From: an uncultured delta proteobacterium
GTDB lineage: Bacteria; Myxococcota; Kuafuiibacteriia; Kuafuiibacteriales; Kuafuiibacteriaceae
Direction of reading: 5' to 3'
DNA length: 64,000 bases
Assembly: GCA_963803435.1 (NCBI GenBank)
Contig: CAWDML010000001.1
Coordinates: forward strand, 2,592,001 to 2,656,000
The notes under the pieces are model-generated. The model saw only the letters and a program-made list of their open reading frames with translations, was not told the origin of the DNA and ran no database searches. Positions 44,684 through 55,200 of this stretch are shown here, one piece after another. A program made the position numbers and the translations under genes. Within the stretch, counting starts at the first letter, position 1, and every line of letters starts with the position of its first letter.

Positions 44684-47600
44684 ATCAAGCAGAACGATAT
44701 CAATTCGATGCACACGCCGCGTTCAATGCCATGCGCGAGCGATACCTCGAATTCCTCCTAGAGACATACTCGGTACACTCCGAGCCGCTTCGTTCGATGT
44801 TGCGGACAGCATGGTCCACTTCCCAAATCGGATCGCTTCAATTGATCGCACCGCTCTTCGTTCAAGGCGTGTTTCCATATGAAAAGGGACCAGATCTCCG
44901 CGACCTGGGTGGAGAGATATCAGCGGGGCCCAGCAGTGGACTTCACCCTCGAACCATCAAACTGCTCCAGAATGCGGGATACGATTTTCGTCTGCATCAG
45001 CACCAGGCGCGGGCTGCGCAGGCCGTCGCCGAGGGAAGGACCGTCATTCTCTCGGCTGGGACGGGTAGCGGCAAAACCGAATCCTTTCTGATCCCGATCA
45101 TCGATCGCCTATTCTGGGACCATGAGCAAGGGCTCGACGATCTACGGCAACCCGGTGTGCGGGCCGTTGTGATTTATCCACTCAACGCGTTGGTAAACAA
45201 CCAGGTCGAGCGCTTGGTCGACATTCTCAAAGATCAGCGCGATATATCTTTCGCCTATTATACGAGCCGACTGCCCGAGACCTGGTCCCGAATCCGTACG
45301 CGGTGTGAGAGCCCGGAAAGCCGCTACCGCCAACGTGTCAGATCGTCGATCGCAAGACCCTGCGCGGCTTAGATGCGCACACCGATCGAGCCAACGGACC
45401 ACCGCACATCCTGCTCACAAACTTCAGCATGCTCGAGTACATGCTGATTCGACCAATCGATCGAACTATCTTTTCGCCAGCAGCGATCGCTTTCAATGGA
45501 CGACCGCGACTTCGATTCGTCGTGTTGGACGAGGCTCACGTCTATGCGGGAGCGCAGGCCACAGAAATCCACATGCTTCTCCGAAGAGCCGCCGAGCGCT
45601 TCGGAACGAGGCTCGAGATGTTCAAGGGATTGCAACTTCTGCATCGCTTCCTCAGGGGGGTCTCGAGAATGGCCAAGAGACGCTCACCCGTTTCGCTGCC
45701 GAGATGTTCGCGAAGTCGAGCGAGCGAGTTTCGATCGTTCTCGGCCGTCGCCAGCTGCCTCAGTTGAGCGGTGAATCGAAGGGGCCACGCTTCGTCCGCC
45801 GACTTCTCCAGAATTCGCGATCGTTCCGCCCGAACTAAGGACCTTGGAGCTCGATGTAGAAGGCCGCCCGACGGCCCTCATCTTGGACGCAGACTTCGCT
45901 AGCAGGGCCGTGCAAGCTGCGATGGCGCTCGGGATCGGGACCACGGATGAAGCCGCGATTTTGAACGCGAACGTGCGAGACACACCGTCTCTCGTCCTGC
46001 ACGCGCTGCTCAGCTGCAACGCAAGCGTCCGGGCACTTCGCCAGTTCTTGTTCAATCGGGATACGAGCCTCGCAACAATCGACGAGGTTGCCGATGTTCT
46101 CTACGGACACGAGCCGCCCAGCGAGGCCCGACGCGCGGGAGCATCCGCCATCCTCGCACTCGGCGCGTTGGCGCGCCAAAGCGCAAACGAGCTGCCGCTG
46201 GTGCCGGTCCGAACACACGCATTTGTTCGAGCGCCTGTGGGAGCTTGGGTTGTTCCAAAGAGTCAGAACGGTGGCGACGGATTGTGGCCTGGGGTACGGT
46301 GCATGCCGATCCGCCCGGTCCTGAAGCCGACGAAGAAAATAGCTGGAGTTGTTCCTGTGCGTTGAATGCGGTGGGCCCACGCCCATGGCATGGACGGAGC
46401 GAGAGCCGGGATGGCAGACCGAAGTACTAGTCGCGTCCGGAGCAGGAGGAGGATCGCCAGTCCTGCTGTGGCGTGACCAGGCTGGTGCCGAACAACTTCC
46501 GGTCGCGTGGGGTGGTGGAAAGGCTACGTCCGCGGCGGCGACTCCGACGAAGCGCGGAAGATACGAGGCAGAATGCAAAGCATGTGGCCGCAAGAGAGCG
46601 ACCTTCACGCGCATCGCGCTGAGCCCGCGAGCTGCACTCGGAGCCCTCATTGACGCCATCTATCCCTATCTCGGGGCCACACCGCAGCAAGATGGAGGCA
46701 CAAAGCGGCCGGGCGGTGGTCGCAGGCTCCTCACTTTTTCTGATAGTCGGCAAGAGGCTGCTCGTGTCGCGACTCGCGTAGAGGAGACCCACGACATCGG
46801 CCTCAATCGTCAGATTCTTTGGCGACTGCTCGAGGGCCAGGCCGAGATTCGGGTACGTCAGCTCTTGGAGCTCATCGAAGACTTTCACAGTTCCTCAAAG
46901 AGCGCGCCGCAGCGAATGCGACGGGTGCCGAGGAGCGGGAGGACTTGGCGAACTTGTGTGTCTACCAGGAACTCGCGCGGCCACCTGCCCGCGGATGGAC
47001 GCTTGAGACACTTGGATTGGTGGAGGTCGTGTATCCGGACCTTCCGCCGGCTCCGACCGAGCTGGCCGGCCTCCTGAGCGATACAAAATAGCTCGCCTTC
47101 CCGAGCACTGTGCTGGACGATGCGCGGCGGCGAGAGGGGTCGTGCGACGTCCGAAAATCCCTCGCAGGGGGGCTCCGCGACCGGCAGCTCCATCAACTTC
47201 TCCCTCCGACTCATCGACAAGCGACTTTGCTCTACCACCGCGTCGATTTGACGGAGGACGGAGAGGATGACGAGCAGATGGAGAATGAAGGCTCCGATTG
47301 TGCGCCCTTCGTGCCAAGTCGCAATCCACCGACCGGAAAGGAGTCGCGTCTTTTCCTTTGCGGCTCGGGTTTCAGCATAGTTCGCAACGGATTACGGTCC
47401 TCTCTCAGCTCCTCGAGATGGCGTGGCGCGATTCCGTCGCCCCACCGCCAAGAGGACCGAGTGGATCTCGATTCGCCGAGGAGAGTCCTGGGCAAGAACC
47501 GGATCTCAGGATCGATCTCCGATATCTCCGCCTGCGCATTCATAAAGTTTCCCCTGATTATTGCGTCTGATACCGCGCGACCGCATTTCCTGCGCCGTTC

Positions 47601-49893
47601 GTGGCATTGGTCCCGATCGGAGGCGCGGGGGCAATTTGCATCCGCCCAATACCGAGGAGATCGATCGTCGGCGTGGAAGCAGCGCGGTCCGCCGAGTACT
47701 CGACGAACCTCCGCTCGGCCTCTGGAGCGTCGAAGGGGACTGCTCGGAGCTCGACGAAGAGGAGCTCGAGGAGCAGGAGTTTTCCCCTCCTGCAAGGGCA
47801 AGAGCCGGCGGCCGGTGTTGTCCACAACGCTTGAGCTCGGCGTGGATATCGGGTGGCTTGAGTCTTGTCTTCCTGACAAACGTGCCGCCCACCTCCTCAA
47901 GCTATCTACAGCGTGCCGGACGCGCTGGTCGAAGAACAGACGGCTCGTCCATGGTCATTACGCTTGCTCTTGCCCGCCCTCATGACCAACGGGTGTTCAA
48001 AGACCCACGCGCATTTCTCGGCTCACCCGTGACCTCACCGTCGGTTCGTCTTGATCTCGAGTCTGCCGCCGACTCGCCACGTGAACTGGGGCCTGCCCGT
48101 TGTGCCTTCTTCAAGGAAGTTGGACGACCCGGTGAACGTGGGAACCCAATGTGCTGCTTTCGGTACTGGTCGACGACTTCATCTTCGCTCCGATCGGCGA
48201 AAGAGGTGGTATCCGCCCGGAGGCTGGCGAACGTCTTGAGCTCTCAGAAGAGCGATCGTCTCTGCGGACGCGGGTCCACTCCGTACCCGTTGAGTCGACT
48301 CACACCAGAAGGAGCGTATGCAGCGCGCATCGCCAGGCTTACCCGCGGCACGGTTCTCGAAGATGCTCCGCTCGGGAAGGTCGCAGCCGATTGTGCGCGA
48401 ACTCTGATGCGCCTGTCGTGGTCGCGAGACATGACCACGGCGTCATCACCGACAAAGTCATCGACCAGATGGCCAAAGGAGAAGGAGCCAGGGATGGAGC
48501 GGTTCCTCGCCGCTCTCAAGCATCAGGAGCGCGCCATGCTTCGCGAAACGCTGATTGCCTTGCCGGCCCGAGGCGACTTCCTTCCTCGCTTTGGTTTTCC
48601 GCTGGACGGAGTCCAACTGGAAACGAATTGGGAGCCTCCGCGGCGTCAAAGGGACGCCTACGGAACCCGGGACAACTCGCCCTCAGAACCCGAAGCTGCC
48701 GGGCTCCGCATGGAGCGGCCGCTCGATTCCCGCACTCAGCGAGTACGCTCCGGGGAGAAGACCTCGCGCGAAAGCGCGTCTATCGTGTCGCCGGCGTCAT
48801 TCGAAACTGGCTGTCCGACGAGGAGTCGGTTCGTCGTCACTACTTCGTCCAGTGTGTGAAATGCGGAAACGCGGAGGATCGGAATGTACGGTCGGAGGCC
48901 TGCCCACTCTGCGGGCATCCGACAGTGGAAGCAGAACGATTCTTAATCGAAGCAGGAGTAGCCCGTCGAGGGAGCCGGGGCCGGAAGAAGGAAGCACCGA
49001 TTCCGTCGTTCTCAGACGCAAGACCGATACGCGAGTTCCTTCAGCCGTCGGCCTTTGCAGTGAAGCTTGGCGTACCACCACGTCGTCTGCGCGGACAGGA
49101 GCTTGCTACCTTGCCTCCCGCGCGAGTGACCATCTCCTATTCAGGCGCGGGACAGCCGGTCGACGTCTTGCCTGGAAGCCTCACCGTTTCCTTCCTCCGA
49201 GGCGCTCGTCTGTTTGCGCGATCCAGGGTCGGAGCCCGTTGGGTGGCCACGGATATGGATATGCGATCTGCCGATGGTGCGGTTTCGCGGAGCCCAGGTC
49301 GACTGGGGGCAGTATCTGCCGCCCGAGTATCAAAAACACAAGCGCCTGCGCGGATGAAGCCCTGCGAACACCCGGAGCAAGTCTGGCGGCATGCTGTGCT
49401 GGGCACGTCCATCATCGTCGACGCGTTCAGAATCCGGCTCTTGGGCACGCTTGCGCCCAAACTCGGTCGTGACGGCGATAGTTTCGCCCTGACGCTCGCT
49501 GCGCTTTTCGCGCAGGTGGCAGCGCGACGGATCGGATCCATCCACGCTTGCTCAAGGCCCTGGTGTCGAGCTTCCGCATCGACGATCAAACCCCGGTATC
49601 GCGCCCCGAGATCGGCACCAGTCGGTGCTATACGAGGAAGCGAGCTCTGGCATCCTGAGTGCGCTCTTACCCAGCGCGCTCGAGCTGCTACCGGAGACCA
49701 TCCGACTTACCGCAGATGGAGATGACGATTGGTTCATCCGATTCGACACTCGGTCTTGGCGATCTCGGGCAAGCTGCGGCCCGATTTGGTGCGTCGACAC
49801 TTCGCAGTCCCCGAGCGGCAGAGCATCTTGTTGACGATGCCGCGACCCGGGTCGCAGGGCCCAGCGCTCGATCGCGCCATATACGCGCCATGA
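44680..49893 (+). CDS. large DEAH helicase of the DUF1998/YprA group (DruE-like); many frameshifts; end approximate
   Basis: LHQHQ, AGTGSGKTESF, YPLNALVNNQ, TNFSMLEYMLIRP, VVLDEAHVY, LLTFSDSRQEAA, STTLELGVDIG, NVPP…YLQRAGRAGRR, LPRFGFP, ALSEYAPG. Confidence 0.85.
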
Positions 49894-51237
49894 GCCTGCG
49901 GAACGCGACGGAACCCTGATGGTTCCGGAAATTCTGCTGCCTCCCGTTCCGGAAATTCTGCTGCTTCGAAGCGAAAGGAGCGAGCAGGATGATTCACGCG
50001 TTGATCTTGGCCATCATGGGAGCGCTGATGCCGATTCGGGGTTCGAGCGGATACGGGAACGGGGACATCATCCCGCTCCTCAAACGCCACGAGATCCAGG
50101 TGCTTCTCAAGGCGGGCTTCTCGACCCGAGACGTCGCCGAGCGCAGCGGCACTTCAATCGACACGGTGAGACGGGTTCGACGCGAGGCCGATGTCGAGCA
50201 GACGGATGACCGCGCCTTGCGAGCGGAGCGGAAGATCGGCCGACCCTCGAAGGCGGCGCCGTTCGCGGACAAGGTGAGGGCTTGGCTCGTGGAGGATCGA
50301 GGCTGCCCACGCAGGAGCTTCTCCGGCGGGGGAAGGACTCGGGATATGGCGGAAGCAAGACTGCGTTCTACGCTTTGGTCGCGGGTCTCAGGCCCCCGAA
50401 GGCGACTCCGGTCGTGCGCTTCGAAGGCCTGCCGGGCGAGTTCTCGCAGCACGACTTCGGTCACGTCGACGTGAAGTTCGTCGATGGTCGCAAGCAACGG
50501 ATCCACTTCTTCGCCTCCCGCCTGAAGTATTCGCGGTTTGCGCGAGTCACCCTCGTTGAGGACGAGCGTGTCGAGACGATCGTTCGCTGTCTCGCTCGGG
50601 ACTTCGTGGCGTTCGGGGGCCTGCCGTTGATGGCGGTCTTCGATCGACCGCGTACCATCGTCAAAAAGGCGGGCAGAGGTCGTGACGTCGAGGAGTTCAA
50701 CGCCACCTTTGCTCAAGCCATCGTCGACATCGGCGTCGGCGTCGAGATGTGCGCCCCGAGGAGCGGCAACCAGAAGGGGTCCGTGGAGCGGCTCGTCGGT
50801 TGGGTGAAAAGCTCGTTCTTCAAGCACCGCAAGTTCCAAGACATGGAGGACCTGCGGACGCAGCTCGATGCCTGGCATCTCGAGGTCAACACGAAGACAC
50901 CCTCGCGAGCGACGGGCGTGATTCCGGAAATCCGGCGTCAGGAGGAGCTCGCCCGTCTTCGACCCATCAAGGTGTTTCCGGAAACGCTCGCCTTGCGCAT
51001 GCCCATCTTCGTTGGACCCACGGCCGAGGTCATGTTCGAGGGCGTCGCGTACTCGATGCCTCCTGGGGCGACCCACGTAGCGGGGACGCTCTTCTTGTAC
51101 GAGGACCAGGTTCGCATCGTCGCAGGCCGCTTCGAGTGCGAGCATCGTCGACGAAAGACCGGCGAGCCACCTTCGCCGTTACCTGAGCATCGTGCGGCCA
51201 AGATCGCCGCGGTTCATGGTGCGCGTATCGCCCGATC

Positions 51238-51390
51238 GTGAACACCGAGATCGGGGCATCGTGAACACCGAGATCGCGGCAACGTGAACACCGAGATCGG
51301 GCATTGTGAACACCGAGATCGGGCAACGTGAACACCGAGATCGGGCATCGTGAACGCCGAGATCGGGCATCGTGAACGCCGGGATCGGGC
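51238..51390 (+). repeat. seven tandem ~22-bp repeats GTGAACACCGAGATCGGGCA(T/A)C in the IS21 left end
   Basis: Counted directly; the same core is present in the right IR; no spacers. Confidence 0.9.
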
Positions 51391-51457
51391 CCCTTGTCGC
51401 TGAGGGGTGACGTCAGGCCGTCGTTTCTGCCACCGAGCGCCTCAAGGAGGCGATCGG

Positions 51458-53005
51458 ATGGCGATGGAGCGACTGGTGGTGAGAAAGATACGGGAAGTCC
51501 TTAGGCTGAGATGGAGCCTCGGACGAAGCACTCGGCAGGCCGCCTCGAGCCTCGGTGTGAGTGTCGGAGTCGTCGCGAAGACGACAGAGCGCGCTCGGAA
51601 GGCCGGGCTGGACTGGGCTGCGGTCGAGGGCCTGGACGACGCAACGCTGGAGCGACGGCTCTACGGCGAGCCCACGAAGCCTGGAGCGAAGCGGCCGGAG
51701 CCGGACCCGGCCTGGATGCACCAGCAACTGCGGCGTCGAGACGTGACGCTCGAGCTGCTGCATCTCGAGTACCTCGAAGAGCATCCGACCGGGCTGCAGT
51801 ACACCGCGTTCTGTGATCGGTACCGGGCCTGGAAGAAACGGCTCGGGCTCACGATGCGCCAGGAGCACAAGGCCGGGGAGAGGATGTTCGTTGACTTCTC
51901 GGGCAGGCGACCGCGAATCGTCGACGAGCGTAGCGGTGAGGCTCGAGCGGTCGAGCTCTTCGTGGCCGTCCTCGGCGCGTCGAGCTACACGTACGCGGAG
52001 GCGACCTCATCGCAGCAGCTCGCTGCGTGGACCGCTGCACATACGCACGCGGTGGAGTACTTCGGCGGTGTCGCTGAGATCTGGGTCCCGGATCGGTTGA
52101 AGAGCGCGGTCTCAGGCTCCGATAAGCACGACCCTACGATCCAAAGAACGTATCGCGACCAAGCGCGACACTACGGCGCGATCGTCATCCCCGCACGTCC
52201 CTATCGCCCCCGGGACAAAGCGAAGGTGGAGGTCGCAGTCCAAGTCGCACAGCGCTGGATCCTTGCGCGAATTCGGAACGAGACCTTCTTTTCGCTGGAG
52301 GCGCTGAACGTGCGGATCGGCGAGCTGCTGGAGCAGCTCAATGATCGCCCGCGGAAGCACCTGGGGGGCGTCTCGCGACGTGAGCTGTTCGAGCGGATCG
52401 ATCGTCCCGCGCTGAAGCCGCTGCCGGCCATTCGCTTCGCTCACCACGATTGGAAGACGGCGAAGGTGAACCTCGACTATCACGTGGAGATCGATCGGCA
52501 CTGGTACTCGGTGCCGCACGTGCTGGTGCGCGAGACCGTCGAGGCTTGCTTCACCACGATGACGGTCGAGCTCTTCCACCGAGGACGCCGGGTCGCGTCG
52601 CACCTGCGGAGTCACACGGCCTACGGTCACACGACGGATCCGAGCCATCGGCCACCGAACCACCAGGCATGGGCGGATCGGGATCCTGGCGGTTTGCTGC
52701 GATGGGCCGTCGAGACGGGCCCGAGCACGGAGGCGATGATGAGGCGGATCTTCGAGAGCAACCCGCACCGCGATCAAACGTGGCGCTCCGGACGTGCGCT
52801 TCGTCGTGTCGGCGAGAAGTACGGTCCGGAACGGACCGAGGTCGCGTGCGAACGCGCTCTGCGATTCGGTGCGCGCTCGTACAAACCAATCGAGAGGATG
52901 CTCAAGCAGCAGCTCGATCTCCGCCCTCATCCCGACGACGACGAGACCGCCGTCGAACCGATCCGTCACGACCAGGTCCGTGGGCCTGGCTACTACTTGA
53001 ATTGA
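51458..53005 (+). CDS. istA: IS21 transposase IstA (inner)
   Basis: KIREVLRL; MRQEHKAGERMFVDFSG; VPDRLKSAV; PRDKAKVE. Confidence 0.95.
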   Translation: MAMERLVVRKIREVLRLRWSLGRSTRQAASSLGVSVGVVAKTTERARKAGLDWAAVEGLDDATLERRLYGEPTKPGAKRPEPDPAWMHQQLRRRDVTLELLHLEYLEEHPTGLQYTAFCDRYRAWKKRLGLTMRQEHKAGERMFVDFSGRRPRIVDERSGEARAVELFVAVLGASSYTYAEATSSQQLAAWTAAHTHAVEYFGGVAEIWVPDRLKSAVSGSDKHDPTIQRTYRDQARHYGAIVIPARPYRPRDKAKVEVAVQVAQRWILARIRNETFFSLEALNVRIGELLEQLNDRPRKHLGGVSRRELFERIDRPALKPLPAIRFAHHDWKTAKVNLDYHVEIDRHWYSVPHVLVRETVEACFTTMTVELFHRGRRVASHLRSHTAYGHTTDPSHRPPNHQAWADRDPGGLLRWAVETGPSTEAMMRRIFESNPHRDQTWRSGRALRRVGEKYGPERTEVACERALRFGARSYKPIERMLKQQLDLRPHPDDDETAVEPIRHDQVRGPGYYLN

Positions 53006-53019
53006 GAGAGAAGGAAGAA

Positions 53020-53763
53020 ATGCTGACCGAACCAACAAAGGACAAGCTGTACGCGATGCGGCTGATTGCGATGGCCGCCGCCTGGCAGGAGCAACAGAGC
53101 GACGGAAAAATGAACGCACTCGGGTTCGACGAGCGCTTCGGCATGCTGGTCGACGCCGAGTACCTCGCCCGCGACAACCGTCGCCTCAAGCGTCTGCTCA
53201 AGGACGCGCAACTCCGCTTGCCGGAGGCCTGCCTCGAAGACGTGGAGGTATCGGCTACACGAGGGCTCGAACGCGGGCTGGTCGCCCAGCTCGCCACCTG
53301 CGCCTGGGTCGGCGAACACCACAACGTCATCATTTCAGGGCTCACGGGCGTCGGGAAAAGTTACCTGGCCTGCGCCCTCGGGCAGATCGCATGTCGAAGA
53401 GGCTTCCGCGCTCTCTACCGTCGGGTGCCCCGTCTCTTCGAGGAGCTCAGTCTGGCGAAGGCCGACGGATCCTACGCGCGGCTCCTCGGCAAGCTGGCGC
53501 GCTTCGACGTCCTGATCTTGGACGACCTCGGGATCGGCTCCCTCAAGGAGCCCCAGCGACACGACCTACTCGAGGTCCTCGAGGATCGCTACGGTCGCCG
53601 ATCTGCCGTCGCGACGAGCCAACTTCCGGTCGGAAAATGGCACGAGTGGATCGGCGATCCGACCCTCGCCGACGCCATCTTGGACCGGCTCGTCCACAAC
53701 GCCTTCAAGGTCTCCTTGACAGGACCCTCCCGGAGGAAGGAGCAGGGCAAGAGGAGGAACTGA
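53020..53763 (+). CDS. istB: IS21 helper ATPase IstB (inner)
   Basis: GLTGVGKSYLACA; LILDDLG; ADAILDRLVH. Confidence 0.95.
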   Translation: MLTEPTKDKLYAMRLIAMAAAWQEQQSDGKMNALGFDERFGMLVDAEYLARDNRRLKRLLKDAQLRLPEACLEDVEVSATRGLERGLVAQLATCAWVGEHHNVIISGLTGVGKSYLACALGQIACRRGFRALYRRVPRLFEELSLAKADGSYARLLGKLARFDVLILDDLGIGSLKEPQRHDLLEVLEDRYGRRSAVATSQLPVGKWHEWIGDPTLADAILDRLVHNAFKVSLTGPSRRKEQGKRRN

Positions 53764-54114
53764 AACCAGACGGCCAGACGTCGCTTCGCTCCGGCACGGG
53801 CTCCGGCGTTCACGATGGCGCGAAACGAGTGTTCACGATGGGCGAAATACGCACCATGGGAAGCGCGCCAAGCTATACGAGAAGCGCCAACAGATCCTCA
53901 ACCTTGGTCCTGCGGCGCTCGCGTTGCTCACAGAGATCACTCACCAAGATCCCAAGCTTTCACACCGGCGCGTCGAGGAGCTGTACGAGTTGCTCGAGCA
54001 ATATGGAGACAACGTCCTGCGCTCCGCCATCACCCAGACCGTCGAGGAGGGGCGTCTCTCTGTCGCCGGAGTACGTCGCGGGATCCTAGCGAACGCGGCG
54101 CGCCGAGGTGCGCG

Positions 54115-55020
54115 ATGACGACCGACCTCGACGTGTTTCTCAGACGTCTTCACCTGGCCAATGCACGTCGCGTTTGGCGAGCGCTGGTTGAGCGCGCCGA
54201 GAAGGAGCAGTGGTCGCATGGGCAGCTCCTGGAGACGCTCTTCGCGGAGGAGATCGCGCACCGCCGGGGCACGAGGCTGATGCGGGCCACGCGCACGGCC
54301 GCGTTCCCCTTCTTACGGACGGTCGAGGAGTTCGACTTCTCGTATCAGTCGGCGCTCCGTCTCACCACGATCGGCTCTCTGCTCGCACCCGACTTCGTCA
54401 CCGAAGGCCGCTCGGTGATCCTCGAAGGCAAGCCGGGTCGAGGAAAGACCCATCTGGCGATCGCCATCGCGTATCGCGCCTTGCAGAACGGCTTCGATGC
54501 GTTGTTCACCACGGCCGCTGAGCTCATCGATCACCTCTCCTCGGCGAGTCGCTCGGGGCGTCTGCAGGACGCAATCGCCAAGTACCTAAAGCCGAACGTC
54601 CTTGTAGTCGATGAGGTCGGCTACCTCGCGTGCAGCGACGACGCTGCCAACGTGCTCTATCACGTCGTGAATGACCGCCACATTCGGCGCCGATCGATGC
54701 TCTTCACGACGAACAAGCATCCGAAACGTTGGGGCGTGGCGCTTCACGATGAGGACTTGGCCGAGGCAATCGTCGACCGGATTCTTGAACGAGGACGCTT
54801 GTTGCGCCTCGACGGCCCGTCGGTGAGAACGAAACACTTGCCCGAAGACGACCTCGTCGAGGAGGTTCAGGACAACTCAACCGGCAGCAGAATTTCTGGA
54901 AAAACGGCAGCAGAGTTTCCGGAACGCACAAACCCGACGGAGCTTCGTGGCACGTATGTGGCACATCAACTATCCGAAATCAGTGTCGCACTCATCCAAC
55001 TGCGCGAACGGCCATCATAA
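54115..55020 (+). CDS. istB: IS21 helper ATPase IstB (outer); reads through the IR
   Basis: GKPGRGKTHLA; VVDEVGY; AIVDRILE; first stop at 55018-55020, outside the IS. Confidence 0.9.
   Translation: MTTDLDVFLRRLHLANARRVWRALVERAEKEQWSHGQLLETLFAEEIAHRRGTRLMRATRTAAFPFLRTVEEFDFSYQSALRLTTIGSLLAPDFVTEGRSVILEGKPGRGKTHLAIAIAYRALQNGFDALFTTAAELIDHLSSASRSGRLQDAIAKYLKPNVLVVDEVGYLACSDDAANVLYHVVNDRHIRRRSMLFTTNKHPKRWGVALHDEDLAEAIVDRILERGRLLRLDGPSVRTKHLPEDDLVEEVQDNSTGSRISGKTAAEFPERTNPTELRGTYVAHQLSEISVALIQLRERPS
54946..54965 (-). repeat. integrase arm-type site, right
   Basis: CGTGGCACGTATGTGGCACA is the inverted copy of 23264-23283. Confidence 0.75.
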
Positions 55021-55040
55021 TTTCTTGCCGGCGTACTATG

Positions 55041-55130
55041 TTTCGCGAACTTCGCTTCCACCTCTCCATCGCAGTGATCTCGACGCGCTTGCAAGAGCGA
55101 TCCCTCTCCATGAACAGCGAACGATTCGGA
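55041..55130 (-). mobile_element. 5' part of the split IS5 remnant
   Basis: Minus strand GTG GAA GCG AAG TTC GCG AAA (VEAKFAK) matches MQARFAS of the IS5 at 13189; upstream TTCGCTGTTCA matches TTCGCTATTCA at ~13131. Confidence 0.7.
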
Positions 55131-55200
55131 GACCTCGCTCCAGGCCATAACGGCCGCGTCTTCCGACGCGACCTCCGCACGTCGCGTGGAAGACGCCCTT

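Larger units (their letters stand above)
51220..53853 (+). mobile_element. IS21-family element (inner), inserted in the outer istA
   Basis: IRs TGCGCGTATCGCCCGATCGTGAACAC and (reverse complement) TGCGTATTTCGCCCATCGTGAACAC; duplicated target (T/C)CATGG. Confidence 0.92.
49989..54118 (+). pseudogene. istA: IstA of the outer IS21, interrupted at 51219/53854
   Basis: RFEGLPGEFSQHDFG, FDRPRT, QKGSVERLVG; the reading …AAVHG|KRAKLYEKRQ… resumes after the inner IS. Confidence 0.88.
49917..54930 (+). mobile_element. IS21-family element (outer) with 5-bp TSD AACCC
   Basis: TG…CA ends; IRs TGATGGTTCCGGAAATTCTGCTGCC and (reverse complement) TGTGCGTTCCGGAAACTCTGCTGCC; AACCC at 49912-49916 and 54931-54935. 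Confidence 0.92.
23196..55045. mobile_element. tyrosine-integrase genomic (defence) island, ~32 kb
   Basis: int and xis at the left end; inverted 19/20 arm-type repeats at 23264-23283 and 54946-54965; interrupted IS5 ORF resumes after 55045; cargo has visibly more A/T at third codon positions than the flanks. Confidence 0.85.

Noticed and set aside
30436-49893. DISARM, BREX or type III restriction-modification call
   Set aside because: No methyltransferase, PglZ, BrxC, PLD nuclease or Res subunit is visible.
51238-51390. Possible CRISPR array
   Set aside because: The repeats are directly tandem without spacers, match the IS21 terminal repeat, and no cas genes are present.
23221-55045. Prophage or ICE
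   Set aside because: No structural, packaging, relaxase or conjugation genes lie between the junctions.
23211-55072. CTCCATCGC direct repeat (23211-23219 and 55064-55072) as the att core
   Set aside because: The right copy lies in the IS5 leader outside the junction. The split IS5 ORF places the crossover at G(G/T)TTCG instead.
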